This document shows positions 28,235 through 37,219 of a stretch of DNA of 64,000 nucleotides, piece after piece. Location: the NCBI GenBank assembly GCA_020632075.1, contig JACKGH010000001.1, forward strand, positions 537,778 to 601,777, written 5' to 3'. This DNA comes from Candidatus Nomurabacteria bacterium. GTDB taxonomy: Bacteria > Patescibacteriota > Minisyncoccia > Phycocordibacterales > UBA918. The notes beneath the pieces were generated by a model, which was not told the DNA's origin, ran no database searches, and was given only the letters and a program-made list of their open reading frames with translations. Numbering within the stretch: position 1 is the first letter of the stretch; each line of letters begins with the position of its first letter. The position numbers and the translations under genes were made by a program.

Positions 28235-28267
28235 AGCCGGGCGGGCCCCAAAGGGGCCCGCCCAGCT
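28235..28267 (-). terminator. GC-rich hairpin terminator downstream of the methyltransferase gene 28278..29018
   Basis: agccGGGCGGGCCCC aaa GGGGCCCGCCCagct followed by ttttctcttcc. Confidence 0.55.
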
Positions 28268-28277
28268 TTTCTCTTCC

Positions 28278-29018
28278 CTATCGCTTCTTCCCCCACACCG
28301 CCACGGCTGGAAAAAGCTTCTCCTTCTGCCTGGTGTCTAGCCCAGCAAATTCAGGCTGATGTTTCATCTCCCAGGCAAACAATTCATCGATCGCAGTAGA
28401 ACTCGTATCCCGCAGGAGTTTCTCGAGACTCTTATGATTCGGCATTTGGTGGTATGTGGTCTTGGTCGGTGTCACCTCGTTTTGCTCATACAATGCACGC
28501 ACTTCACTTTCGGGTACATAGCGCACAAACTGTCGCTGCGGCAAAATGCCTGGCACTGTGTTACCAAGAAATACATGCAATCGCTCCTTAAGTGTGTGCG
28601 GATACAAGGCATGCCCAAGGTCGTAGCGATGCATGAGCGTACCGCCGCTTTTGAGATACTTGGCACTCATAGCAATGAAGCGACCGAGCTCCTTGATGTG
28701 CTCTAGCGCACTAAGTGAAAACACCAGATCGAAAGACGCTTCAGCCTCATCAGGAATTGAGTCATATCCCAGCTTGAAGTGCAGTGTCGCATTACTGAGT
28801 CCTGCCAAGTTTTTCTTGGCCGCCTCGTACGAAGCCGGAATCGGCTCAACTCCGACGTACTGCAGATCTGGATACTTCTTCAAAATAGACGGCATGTATG
28901 CCGCAGTACCACACCCGAGATCCATCACTCGAGGCGCGCCGGCTTCGCCGGCGCGCCTGATCTCCTCCTCGATCACGTACTCGATGAATTGTTCTTTCAG
29001 CATTTTCATGTGAGACAT
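28278..29018 (-). CDS. Class I SAM-dependent methyltransferase
   Basis: Motif I VMDLGCGTAAY; post-I acidic residue; Methyltransf_11/12-like FDLVFSLSALEHI. Confidence 0.7.
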   Translation of the reverse strand: MSHMKMLKEQFIEYVIEEEIRRAGEAGAPRVMDLGCGTAAYMPSILKKYPDLQYVGVEPIPASYEAAKKNLAGLSNATLHFKLGYDSIPDEAEASFDLVFSLSALEHIKELGRFIAMSAKYLKSGGTLMHRYDLGHALYPHTLKERLHVFLGNTVPGILPQRQFVRYVPESEVRALYEQNEVTPTKTTYHQMPNHKSLEKLLRDTSSTAIDELFAWEMKHQPEFAGLDTRQKEKLFPAVAVWGKKR

Positions 29019-29037
29019 TGTAGCATTACTCGGTAGA

Positions 29038-29060
29038 GGGCGGCAGCTTCGCTGCCGCCC
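29038..29060 (-). terminator. GC-rich hairpin downstream of gene 29069..30175
   Basis: GGGCGGCAG cttcg CTGCCGCCC; weak T-tract. Confidence 0.4.
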
Positions 29061-29068
29061 TGAAAACC

Positions 29069-30175
29069 TTACTCTTCCGGATACATCACCTCGGTCAACT
29101 TTGCTTCATACGTATTTGCACACAGACAAACATAATATGTTGGGAAATTGATCGGGATCACACTCGTACCACTAGACAATTCAAGCCAACGCAAACCGTC
29201 ATCATCAGTCGCAATCGGTATCGCGACCTTCGTGCTCATTGGACCATCCGCCAGCTGTGGAGCAAACTTCTCCCCTCCTACTTCCACCGTTAACTCAGAT
29301 GGCTTGATGTCACCAATAAACAAACTTCGATTACTCTTTTGTGGGAGCTCGTTTTGAAATTCCTCAACAAATCGTATTGAGACGACACAGGTACCTTCTA
29401 CGCCAAATGGTAAAGGAAGTGTATCGTCAAAATACTTCTCTTCTCTGGTCACCACGATATCTTCTACTGGAAACTCATCAGTGCTCCAGCCTTGCTTTTC
29501 CAAAAGGTGCAATAGGTCAAATTCAAGCGCCTTTGTATCACAACCTTCGACATACTTCTCCATATCATACGGAGCAGGACTATCATACTTTTTGTGTGTC
29601 ACCTGTATCGAACCATCAGAGAAATTAAATACATAGATATCGACAGATTGTTCAGACGTGGCCGCTGTGTACGAAAAATCATGTATTTCACCAGAATCAT
29701 CCAGATACGTCCCTGCGAATGCATACTCAGTATCATCAAGACCCACTACAAACACCTCAAGTGTACGGCTGTATCCAGACAACCCAAACACTTTAATTTC
29801 TTTTAAATCTTCAGACACCTCTCGATACAGCACATCTTTCACTCGTAGCACTTCACCTGTTCGAGAATCTCGTCCGGCCGTAGAACGACCACCATTAACC
29901 ACAAACACATCAATACCAGCACCTTGTACCTCCGCTCGCAGCAACGGTATCAATGGGGATTCCTCTGGCGATTCTTCTTCAACAATCACTGTTGGAAGAG
30001 GTTCCATCTCTGGCACAATTGCTTCCGACATAAGAACGGTGTCTTCTAGGACCACCTGATCTTCTTCCCTCCCCAAACTAGAAAAGAGCAACACCACCGC
30101 GCTGCATACGACCAAAATACTTCCTAAAATAATGAAGAAATAGCTATTGTTCATAGAACGTATTGTATCACTCAA
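29069..30175 (-). CDS. Hypothetical protein with N-terminal signal-anchor TM, acidic extracytoplasmic domain
   Basis: MNNSYFFIILGSILVVCSAVVLLFSSL is a TM segment. No recognisable catalytic motif. Bounded by hairpin terminators. Confidence 0.4.
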   Translation of the reverse strand: MSDTIRSMNNSYFFIILGSILVVCSAVVLLFSSLGREEDQVVLEDTVLMSEAIVPEMEPLPTVIVEEESPEESPLIPLLRAEVQGAGIDVFVVNGGRSTAGRDSRTGEVLRVKDVLYREVSEDLKEIKVFGLSGYSRTLEVFVVGLDDTEYAFAGTYLDDSGEIHDFSYTAATSEQSVDIYVFNFSDGSIQVTHKKYDSPAPYDMEKYVEGCDTKALEFDLLHLLEKQGWSTDEFPVEDIVVTREEKYFDDTLPLPFGVEGTCVVSIRFVEEFQNELPQKSNRSLFIGDIKPSELTVEVGGEKFAPQLADGPMSTKVAIPIATDDDGLRWLELSSGTSVIPINFPTYYVCLCANTYEAKLTEVMYPEE

Positions 30176-30181
30176 GGTACG

Positions 30182-30212
30182 TAAAAAGCCGGCGCCTTCG
30201 GCGCCGGCTTTT
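30182..30212 (-). terminator. Rho-independent terminator downstream of gene 30231..32195
   Basis: aaaaaGCCGGCGCC ttcg GGCGCCGGC ttttt. Confidence 0.6.
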
Positions 30213-30230
30213 TACATCACCCTTCTTCAC

Positions 30231-32195
30231 CTACTCCACCTGTGCCGACAACTTATCAAGCACTGAAAGTAGTATCGGACTATCAACCTTCTTTGCGATC
30301 AGCAACTTCCCGAAAGTCTCGATCGCCTGTAGCGCCTGCGACACGGTCTTGGCTTCCATTGCATCGAAGATCTTCGCTGCCCACTTCTCGAAAAATGCAC
30401 GCTGTTGTGATGTGAGATCATCACCAATGACCGCATCCATAATGATCAAGAACTGCTCATACGTGATCGATTCTTCAGCCACTCCACCCGAATCAAGATC
30501 AAATACAAATGTCGTACTCACCCCTGGGAATGTATATCCAGAGAAATGATAGGTCAGCATTTCCCCCTCGGCAGTTAGCACAAAAAATTCTACCTCGTAC
30601 TCACCGAGTCCAGTGCCGATCACTTCAATACTGAATGAATCTTCAGTCCCTGGCACCAGCAGGTGTTTCCCAGTACCACCAGCACCTACTAGTGAGATAA
30701 CTCCCTCTTCTGCGTACCAAGCGCCAGCGAGATCAACGATCGTATCTCCGTCGACATACCCCACCACTTCATCAGACGTGTTTCGGTACAACAATTCTGC
30801 AGTGCCGGAAAGATACGCCTCTACTCCATTTCCCAGCAGCACTGGTTCGTCATGTACGGTAAAGATACGGGCATCATCAAACGTATTGTCGTAATTTCGG
30901 ACATACTCAGAATCACTTTCTACGACATCATCAGCTGTCTCAGTCAGGTACCAAACTGGATCGTTGAGCAAATACCCATCTACAGTCTTCTCGGTCACCC
31001 AGACAAAGTGTCCACTATCAAACCCAAGCACGATTCTATCTTCCTCCTCAAGCGCAGCTGCCACGTCTCCCATGTCTGAAGTGAATTCAGGTGTACTGAA
31101 ACGCGACGTGATCTGACCACCGACAACCTCTCCAAGATACGCCTGTGCAGCCAGCCACACCACCGAACCATTACTGGTGTATCCGCCAACCTCATCTAGA
31201 TATTCATTGATGTTCTTTGGATTCACATCACCATGCGCAACATCCTCTTCGATACCTGCGTATCTACCTGCCATGACCAGTGAGGTGATAGCACAGCCAC
31301 AATCAGCGATTGTCAGACCACATGGATATGTTCCAGTCTGCCCCGCACCATTTGCATACACTTCATTAGCCCAGCTTGCGGTCTCAGACACCGAAGGATT
31401 GTCGGAAATAATCTGCGTGTACAGTGGATACTCAGACACCGGCTCTGGCTCGTATTCGTAGGTAACTTCTAGGTACGGATCGGTACTGGTGCCCGAGGCT
31501 TCTGACCCTGCGAAATAAACCCATGATTCGCCCCAAGTGCCTGTGTAAACATTCTTTACTGTTTCTACATTCTCAATGTCGTGTCCTTCGCGCAAACAGA
31601 GCTTGGTAAAACCTGAATCTGAAATCCAATCCAAGCCAGTAGAGTTTAAGTCTATGACCACATATTCACCTTCAGGCAAATAGGTAAGATCAAAGTCATC
31701 AGATCCTTTAGAAGGATTTGTAATTGCATTTCCACAATTATCAATATCTGAATTCACGATTTCAAATGGCGACGCTTGTCTTCCTTCGAATACAGAAAAA
31801 TAAGCGTACTCATCATTAAACTCATCTTTAACAGACTGTATGTACAGATTCAGATTCGCACTTAGGATTTCTGCACCATCAGGAATCTCAGAGGTATCAA
31901 ACACAGTAAATGCTCTAACTATACCGAGATAATCTGTAGGGGTGTAAAATGATCCTGACTTGAAGTAGATTGTTTCATCAGTATAGTCCGCAGCCCTTCC
32001 CACCACATCGTCGTGCTGATTATCCCAAGTTCCAGGATATGGAGAAGTTTTAACATCCCCATCCCCTTCACTTCCGTAAATCCTCACCGTCTTTACCTCA
32101 GCAAAAGCGCTGTGTGTACTGAACAGAAAAGTTAATAAAAATAACAACACTCCGAGGTATACACCTGGAGTCTTTGATACGTTGCACATCAACAT
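30231..32195 (-). CDS. Secreted hypothetical protein (signal peptide) with a possible papain-fold/C39-like cysteine motif
   Basis: Signal peptide ...LLFLLTFLFSTHSAFAEV. Motif YPCGLTIADCGCAITSLVMAGRYAG resembles the Q..DCG.ACL catalytic-Cys region of peptidase C39-like domains (weak). Confidence 0.4.
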   Translation of the reverse strand: MLMCNVSKTPGVYLGVLLFLLTFLFSTHSAFAEVKTVRIYGSEGDGDVKTSPYPGTWDNQHDDVVGRAADYTDETIYFKSGSFYTPTDYLGIVRAFTVFDTSEIPDGAEILSANLNLYIQSVKDEFNDEYAYFSVFEGRQASPFEIVNSDIDNCGNAITNPSKGSDDFDLTYLPEGEYVVIDLNSTGLDWISDSGFTKLCLREGHDIENVETVKNVYTGTWGESWVYFAGSEASGTSTDPYLEVTYEYEPEPVSEYPLYTQIISDNPSVSETASWANEVYANGAGQTGTYPCGLTIADCGCAITSLVMAGRYAGIEEDVAHGDVNPKNINEYLDEVGGYTSNGSVVWLAAQAYLGEVVGGQITSRFSTPEFTSDMGDVAAALEEEDRIVLGFDSGHFVWVTEKTVDGYLLNDPVWYLTETADDVVESDSEYVRNYDNTFDDARIFTVHDEPVLLGNGVEAYLSGTAELLYRNTSDEVVGYVDGDTIVDLAGAWYAEEGVISLVGAGGTGKHLLVPGTEDSFSIEVIGTGLGEYEVEFFVLTAEGEMLTYHFSGYTFPGVSTTFVFDLDSGGVAEESITYEQFLIIMDAVIGDDLTSQQRAFFEKWAAKIFDAMEAKTVSQALQAIETFGKLLIAKKVDSPILLSVLDKLSAQVE

Positions 32196-32295
32196 ATTGT
32201 ATTTAGTATTTTGTTTGAATTATTTGTAACACAAAAGAACCTTCGCTAATTTCACCATCACATTGCACCCTGCTCAGATCCACTCACTACCAACT

Positions 32296-32329
32296 CTTTC
32301 TGGTATATAATACACTGCGAGACTTCACT
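32296..32329 (+). promoter_or_regulatory. Candidate -10 box (TATAAT, extended TG-like) upstream of the plus-strand FkbM methyltransferase gene; divergent promoter region 32196-32329
   Basis: tggTATATAATacactgcgagacttcact ATG; the -10 lies ~19 nt upstream of the start codon. Confidence 0.3.
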
Positions 32330-33043
32330 ATGATTAAGAAACTCTTGAAAACTCTGATTCATCCAAAATATCAGTTTAAACTCGTGAGTCTAAAACACTC
32401 CTTCACACACTTTCGACAGACATACTATTCACAAAACGGCGAAGACATAATGCTCCGTTCACTTTTTGCGCCTGACCATAGAGGCTTTTATGTTGATGTC
32501 GGCGCACACCACCCATACCGAATTTCAAATACGTATCTTCTTTTCAAACGCGGTTGGCACGGCATCAATATCGACCCCAACCCCGACACGATAGCCCTCT
32601 TCAAAAAGGCTCGGCCACACGATACCAATGTACAGTTGGGTGTCAGCAAAACCGCAGGAACCCTAACCTACCATCAGTTTGCTGACCCAGCGGTGAATAC
32701 CTTTTCTGATACAGAGGCAGAGCACTGGAAGAAAAAAACTTGGAATCAGTATCTGGGTACCACAACGGTTGAAACGAAGCCTCTGAAGAATATCCTTTCA
32801 GAACACGCACCTCCCAACCAAACCATAGACATGCTCTCAGTTGATGTTGAAGGGCTCGACCTAGAAGTACTGCAATCGAATGACTGGAACCAATTCAAAC
32901 CCACTGTGGTTGTAGTAGAGGCACATGACTTTGAGATCGAACACATGCAAGACCACCCACTGTACCAATACCTACACGGTCAAGGATACTCACTGAAATT
33001 CGTTGTAAAGTTTTCTCTTATCTTTGTACTGAAAACTGGTTAA
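32330..33043 (+). CDS. FkbM-family methyltransferase
   Basis: YSQNGEDIMLRSLF...GFYVDVGAHHPYRISNTYLLFKRGWHGINIDPNP...MLSVDVEGLDLEVL matches the FkbM (TIGR01444) pattern. Confidence 0.65.
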   Translation: MIKKLLKTLIHPKYQFKLVSLKHSFTHFRQTYYSQNGEDIMLRSLFAPDHRGFYVDVGAHHPYRISNTYLLFKRGWHGINIDPNPDTIALFKKARPHDTNVQLGVSKTAGTLTYHQFADPAVNTFSDTEAEHWKKKTWNQYLGTTTVETKPLKNILSEHAPPNQTIDMLSVDVEGLDLEVLQSNDWNQFKPTVVVVEAHDFEIEHMQDHPLYQYLHGQGYSLKFVVKFSLIFVLKTG

Positions 33044-33059
33044 GTGCTGACAGCTCAAC

Positions 33060-34313
33060 ATGCTCAATAAGATTGAAACATTCCTGAGTGATAAATTTAA
33101 ATTTGACGCAAAGTACACACTCCGCGGTGGTTTTTGGTTGCTCTTTGGACACCTATTTACTATTTTAGCTGTACTAAGCACCTCATACGCCTTTGCTAAC
33201 TATCTCGATCCGCTGGTATACGGTAATTATAGATATCTTGTCACTGGGTCGGTGATAATCTCACTCTTTTCACTATCAGGACTCGGTAGCGCAATTACAC
33301 AAGCGACAGCAAAAAATTTGCTCGGGTTCTTCGGTCAGGCCATCCAACTCAGTACAAAATACGGTCTTATCACATCTGTAGTTGGCCTCATTGGTGCAGC
33401 CTATTATTTCTTCAATGGAAACGAACTGCTAGCAATCGGAATGGTGCTGATCGCCATCTTTCAACCATTCATTAACACAACAACACTCATCTTCCCATAC
33501 TTTTTTGGGAAACAGCAATTCAACGTCAGCACCCACTGGCACGCATTCAAAACACTTGTCACTACGGTTAGTATTGTCTCCGCCACACTCTTCACTGACA
33601 GTGTGCTGATCATCTTTTTATCATTCCTGTTAAGTAACTTACTCGCAAATACCGTCGTCTATCACCTAAACAAACCAAAGAAAGAGGATATCATTGATAA
33701 AGAAACAAGTGAAAGGTTCATTAGCTACGCCAAGCACACCAGCTACCAAAACATACTACTCGGTTTCGCTGGACAACTTGATAAAATTCTCGTCTTTCAA
33801 TTTCTCGGCGCAAAAGAATTAGCCATCTACGCCTTTGCCACTGCCCTACCTGACCAATACAAAGGGATCACGAAAACTATTGACTCCTTAATACTTCCGC
33901 GTTTCTCAAATCGAAAGTTAAATTCTATAAGGAGTACTATTCTGCATAAATCATTGATCTATTTTTCTTTTTTGGCAGTCTGTGCATTGGCATACTACTT
34001 AGCAGCACCACTGATCTTTGCTGTATTGTACCCCAGCTATTCCGAATCAGTTCTCCTGTCCCAAATATATGTTTTAGGGATAATGACGGGAATAGGCAGC
34101 ATTCCCATCAACGCTCTAAAGGCACAACTCAAAAACCGACTACTCTACAAATTTCAAGTGACGAGTGCTATATTTCAAATTTCATCACTGCTACTACTCT
34201 TACCTTTTTATGGAATGATTGGTTTAGTCACAGCACGTGTAGTACACAGAATCTTTGTCTGTGTGATTTCGTACGCACTTTTCTTCCACACAACACGACA
34301 AACTACTTGTTGA
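33060..34313 (+). CDS. Polysaccharide/oligosaccharide flippase (Wzx/MOP superfamily-like), ~12 TM
   Basis: 417-aa polytopic membrane protein with the two-half architecture typical of Wzx/MATE-like flippases; sits in the glycan cluster. Confidence 0.5.
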   Translation: MLNKIETFLSDKFKFDAKYTLRGGFWLLFGHLFTILAVLSTSYAFANYLDPLVYGNYRYLVTGSVIISLFSLSGLGSAITQATAKNLLGFFGQAIQLSTKYGLITSVVGLIGAAYYFFNGNELLAIGMVLIAIFQPFINTTTLIFPYFFGKQQFNVSTHWHAFKTLVTTVSIVSATLFTDSVLIIFLSFLLSNLLANTVVYHLNKPKKEDIIDKETSERFISYAKHTSYQNILLGFAGQLDKILVFQFLGAKELAIYAFATALPDQYKGITKTIDSLILPRFSNRKLNSIRSTILHKSLIYFSFLAVCALAYYLAAPLIFAVLYPSYSESVLLSQIYVLGIMTGIGSIPINALKAQLKNRLLYKFQVTSAIFQISSLLLLLPFYGMIGLVTARVVHRIFVCVISYALFFHTTRQTTC

Positions 34314-35013
34314 GCTCAATTTTCTTACTTACCTCTTGATGGTATTCAGGAGACTCCTCAGAAACTCTCTCAATGTCTTCTTCTTCTGACACGCCAACTT
34401 GCACCTCCAAAATAACAAGTTCTTTATCATCTGGTGCTTGTGGGGCGTGCCAAACACCAGGCAAATTCATACGAACCTCACCGTTTGGCATAAAAAAGAA
34501 TTCACTCCTTCGCTCGTGCCTTTGGAGAGACAGTTTTTTTCCAGCAGCGATATGCAACATCTTTACCTTCAATTGTGGCATATCTATCAGTACATCATAC
34601 CAACCCCACCTGGTAGATACTTTCTTGCGCGCATTTATCTCAGAACTCGAATTGTATTTGCCTCCCCCAAGCTCAAAAATTGGCTGTATGCCTAATTCTG
34701 TACAAACAACTAACTCGGGCGTATTACTGCTTTTCCTATCTCCTCCATTACCGAAATAATCAGGCTTAATCCTTTTGAGAGACTCGCATACTGTCCCATC
34801 ACTATCATCAACAGTATGAATGTATGGTGTATATGCCTCCAATATCTTTTTTCTGTCTATCCAGGGCTGAAAAAAGAACCCCTTTTTCCTAACTAGCCAA
34901 TCATCACTATTTAAAACGATATGTACCTCGCCGTATTCTGAAGCAGATTCTATCATTGCAATATGACCAGGATGGATTGGATCAAATCCACCAGAGATAA
35001 CAATTTTCTTCAT
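34303..35013 (-). CDS. Cytidylyl/adenylyltransferase-like (GxFDxxHxGH) domain fused to a C-terminal cupin domain
   Basis: MKKIVISGGFDPIHPGHIAMIESASEYGEVHIVLNSDDWL (nucleotidyltransferase superfamily). C-terminal WGWYDVL...LSLQRHERRSEFFFMPNGEV...LEVQVG is a cupin barrel. Confidence 0.55.
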   Translation of the reverse strand: MKKIVISGGFDPIHPGHIAMIESASEYGEVHIVLNSDDWLVRKKGFFFQPWIDRKKILEAYTPYIHTVDDSDGTVCESLKRIKPDYFGNGGDRKSSNTPELVVCTELGIQPIFELGGGKYNSSSEINARKKVSTRWGWYDVLIDMPQLKVKMLHIAAGKKLSLQRHERRSEFFFMPNGEVRMNLPGVWHAPQAPDDKELVILEVQVGVSEEEDIERVSEESPEYHQEVSKKIELNK

Positions 35014-35019
35014 ACCTTA

Positions 35020-35685
35020 CTAAGGATTTCTTTTTGTCACTTTTGCAAAACTGATTTCTAATCGACCAAAATCTGGGTTGTTAAAACTATCTATTTCTGG
35101 AAGAACCTCGACTATATATTTGGTTTGATCAATTGCATCGACCACCGGCTTAGCAGACTCTGCTGGCCTGTTTCTCCAATAGTCATCAAAAATAACTACG
35201 GTTTTGTCATGCATAAGTTTTTCTACCGCAGCCCAGTCGTTGCTTATAGTAGCCACGTGGTGTCCGCCATCAATAAATACGAAATCTACCTTTTCTGTTC
35301 CATCGGCAAACTCTGTCAAGGTTTTGTTTGTATCACCCTTGATCAGAAGTATTTCTGCCCCGCTCTTTAGCAACTTCTCTTGAACCTCGTTTTTTGTAGG
35401 CGGCTTTTTCGACAGCTCCTGAACATACAACTCCTCCGTTAAATCTTCAAAGAGGTCAAAACCTATGTATTTAATACTACCAGGCGAATTTTCCTTTGCC
35501 GTCTTTATCATCTCAAGTGCTCGATTACCGTTCCAAGTACCGATCTCAAGTATAGTCTGAGCTTTACTCCGTGCAATTTCATCAAACAAGTGATGATACC
35601 TCTTAGGAGCTTTAAATACTCTATGGTGCCAGTTCATTACTGGCACATAGAAGGGGCGAAGAATTTTTTTTATGATCTCAACCAT
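35020..35685 (-). CDS. Class I SAM-dependent methyltransferase (CmcI/TylF-like O-methyltransferase family)
   Basis: ILEIGTWNGNRALEM...KVDFVFIDGGHHVATISNDWAAV...VVIFDDY matches the Methyltransf_24-like pattern. An A8 tract lies in codons 5-8. Confidence 0.55.
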   Translation of the reverse strand: MVEIIKKILRPFYVPVMNWHHRVFKAPKRYHHLFDEIARSKAQTILEIGTWNGNRALEMIKTAKENSPGSIKYIGFDLFEDLTEELYVQELSKKPPTKNEVQEKLLKSGAEILLIKGDTNKTLTEFADGTEKVDFVFIDGGHHVATISNDWAAVEKLMHDKTVVIFDDYWRNRPAESAKPVVDAIDQTKYIVEVLPEIDSFNNPDFGRLEISFAKVTKRNP

Positions 35686-35688
35686 AAA

Positions 35689-36804
35689 TCAGGAAGTTAA
35701 TTTTGTTAATTCAGATTCATATAAATCTACCACGGAACTCCAATCAAAAGTAAGAGCTCTTTCGTAAGCACTTTTCGCATATCTCTCTCTTAACGCATCA
35801 TCCTCTATCAGGACTATCATGGCTTCTGCGATTTTTGTCACATCTTGATCAACTAGCAACCCTGTCTTGTTGTCAATTATTGCAACCTCTGCTCCCGTGT
35901 CTTTTGTACCTATAGCAGTTAGGCCACACAGTGCTGATTCGAGATAAACCATGCCAAAACCCTCAATCGAAGTTTTTGAACTTGATGGAGTCAGAACAAA
36001 AAATTTCGCTTGACTATACAACGATACCAACTGGTCGTCGTTCACGTTTTCTACAAAAGACACTCGATTTGTTAAATCGCACTCTTTAACATATTGAACA
36101 ATCCGGTTGTAGTAACTTGGTGCATCAGAGGTTGAACCAACAAACACATAATTTAAATTCGGATATGAACTAGCGATCGAAGAGAAGGCTTTCAAAGATT
36201 CTAATTGTCCCTTACGAGGTTTCAACGCTCCAACACTTATCACGTATTCTTTACTTGTCGCACCTGCTTGCTGGTTTGTTTTCTTAATAAACCGTTTAGT
36301 GTTAACACCAACAGGAACGAGGCTTACGTTTTGACTAAATAAGAATTCAGGATTTGACTCTTCAATTTTTTTTCTAACAAAATCATTTATCAAGAAAACA
36401 CGACTTGCCTTTTTATAAGCAAAACTAATTAATTTATTTTTAATCCAATTATCGGGAGTAAATAGACCATACGTACCCAACGCATGAATAACACAGACAT
36501 CACGTCGACCAAGTGTGGCTAAGTAAACTAACATGCCGGCTGGCTGGACATCAAAACTCACAACTGCATCATATTCCTTTAAGAAACTTCGCATTCTTAA
36601 TATATCTACGAATGTGCTTAATATTCGCCGCCAAGAAAAACGAAAACCGACTGCTAGACTTTTTTTACCAGCTTTACCTTCTGCCAAAACAAAACCAATC
36701 TCATGACCCCTTTCTTTTAGGAGACCGGTAATGTTGTGGACCATTCTCCCTAAACCCGCCTTTGGATTTACATTATCAGTTACGAAACATATTTTCATGA
36801 TCAA
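35689..36804 (-). CDS. Glycosyltransferase family 4
   Basis: C-terminal GT-B motif EGFGMVYLESALCGLTAIGTKDTGAEVAI (E-x7-E). Confidence 0.75.
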   Translation of the reverse strand: MIMKICFVTDNVNPKAGLGRMVHNITGLLKERGHEIGFVLAEGKAGKKSLAVGFRFSWRRILSTFVDILRMRSFLKEYDAVVSFDVQPAGMLVYLATLGRRDVCVIHALGTYGLFTPDNWIKNKLISFAYKKASRVFLINDFVRKKIEESNPEFLFSQNVSLVPVGVNTKRFIKKTNQQAGATSKEYVISVGALKPRKGQLESLKAFSSIASSYPNLNYVFVGSTSDAPSYYNRIVQYVKECDLTNRVSFVENVNDDQLVSLYSQAKFFVLTPSSSKTSIEGFGMVYLESALCGLTAIGTKDTGAEVAIIDNKTGLLVDQDVTKIAEAMIVLIEDDALRERYAKSAYERALTFDWSSVVDLYESELTKLTS

Positions 36805-36818
36805 TATCTTTCTCTTGA

Positions 36819-37208
36819 CTAAGAAAGATCCAGGTCGACTCTTATAGTATCCTCCTCGTATCCATTATCTTCTCTACTGAGTGTAGTAATATCTATCATC
36901 GAACTTTCTTCTTCTGCAACATACGTATGCACAATTCCTGGAGGTACTTCAGTTGCCATACCAGCATTTAACACATGATCCTCTCTTTCCGACCCATCAG
37001 GAAGACACACGATTAGTCGTATTTTACCCGTGAGGATAAAATCATATTGAGTTGACTCTTTGTGATAATGTTTTGCCCTTAAAGCACCCTTTGTAAAGGT
37101 GATGTGACCAATATGACCAACTGGTTTATCAATCACATCAGTTATACAGCCTCTTTCGTCACAAAATGCAGGATCAACTTTTCTAATCTTAATCAACTTA
37201 CTTTCCAT
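36819..37208 (-). CDS. Cupin: WxcM/FdtA-like sugar 3,4-ketoisomerase family (or related small cupin)
   Basis: CDERGCITDVID...HITFTKGALRAKHYHK...VCLPDGSERE on a cupin scaffold; 129 aa; glycan-cluster context. Confidence 0.45.
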   Translation of the reverse strand: MESKLIKIRKVDPAFCDERGCITDVIDKPVGHIGHITFTKGALRAKHYHKESTQYDFILTGKIRLIVCLPDGSEREDHVLNAGMATEVPPGIVHTYVAEEESSMIDITTLSREDNGYEEDTIRVDLDLS

Positions 37209-37219
37209 AATTTTCTAAA

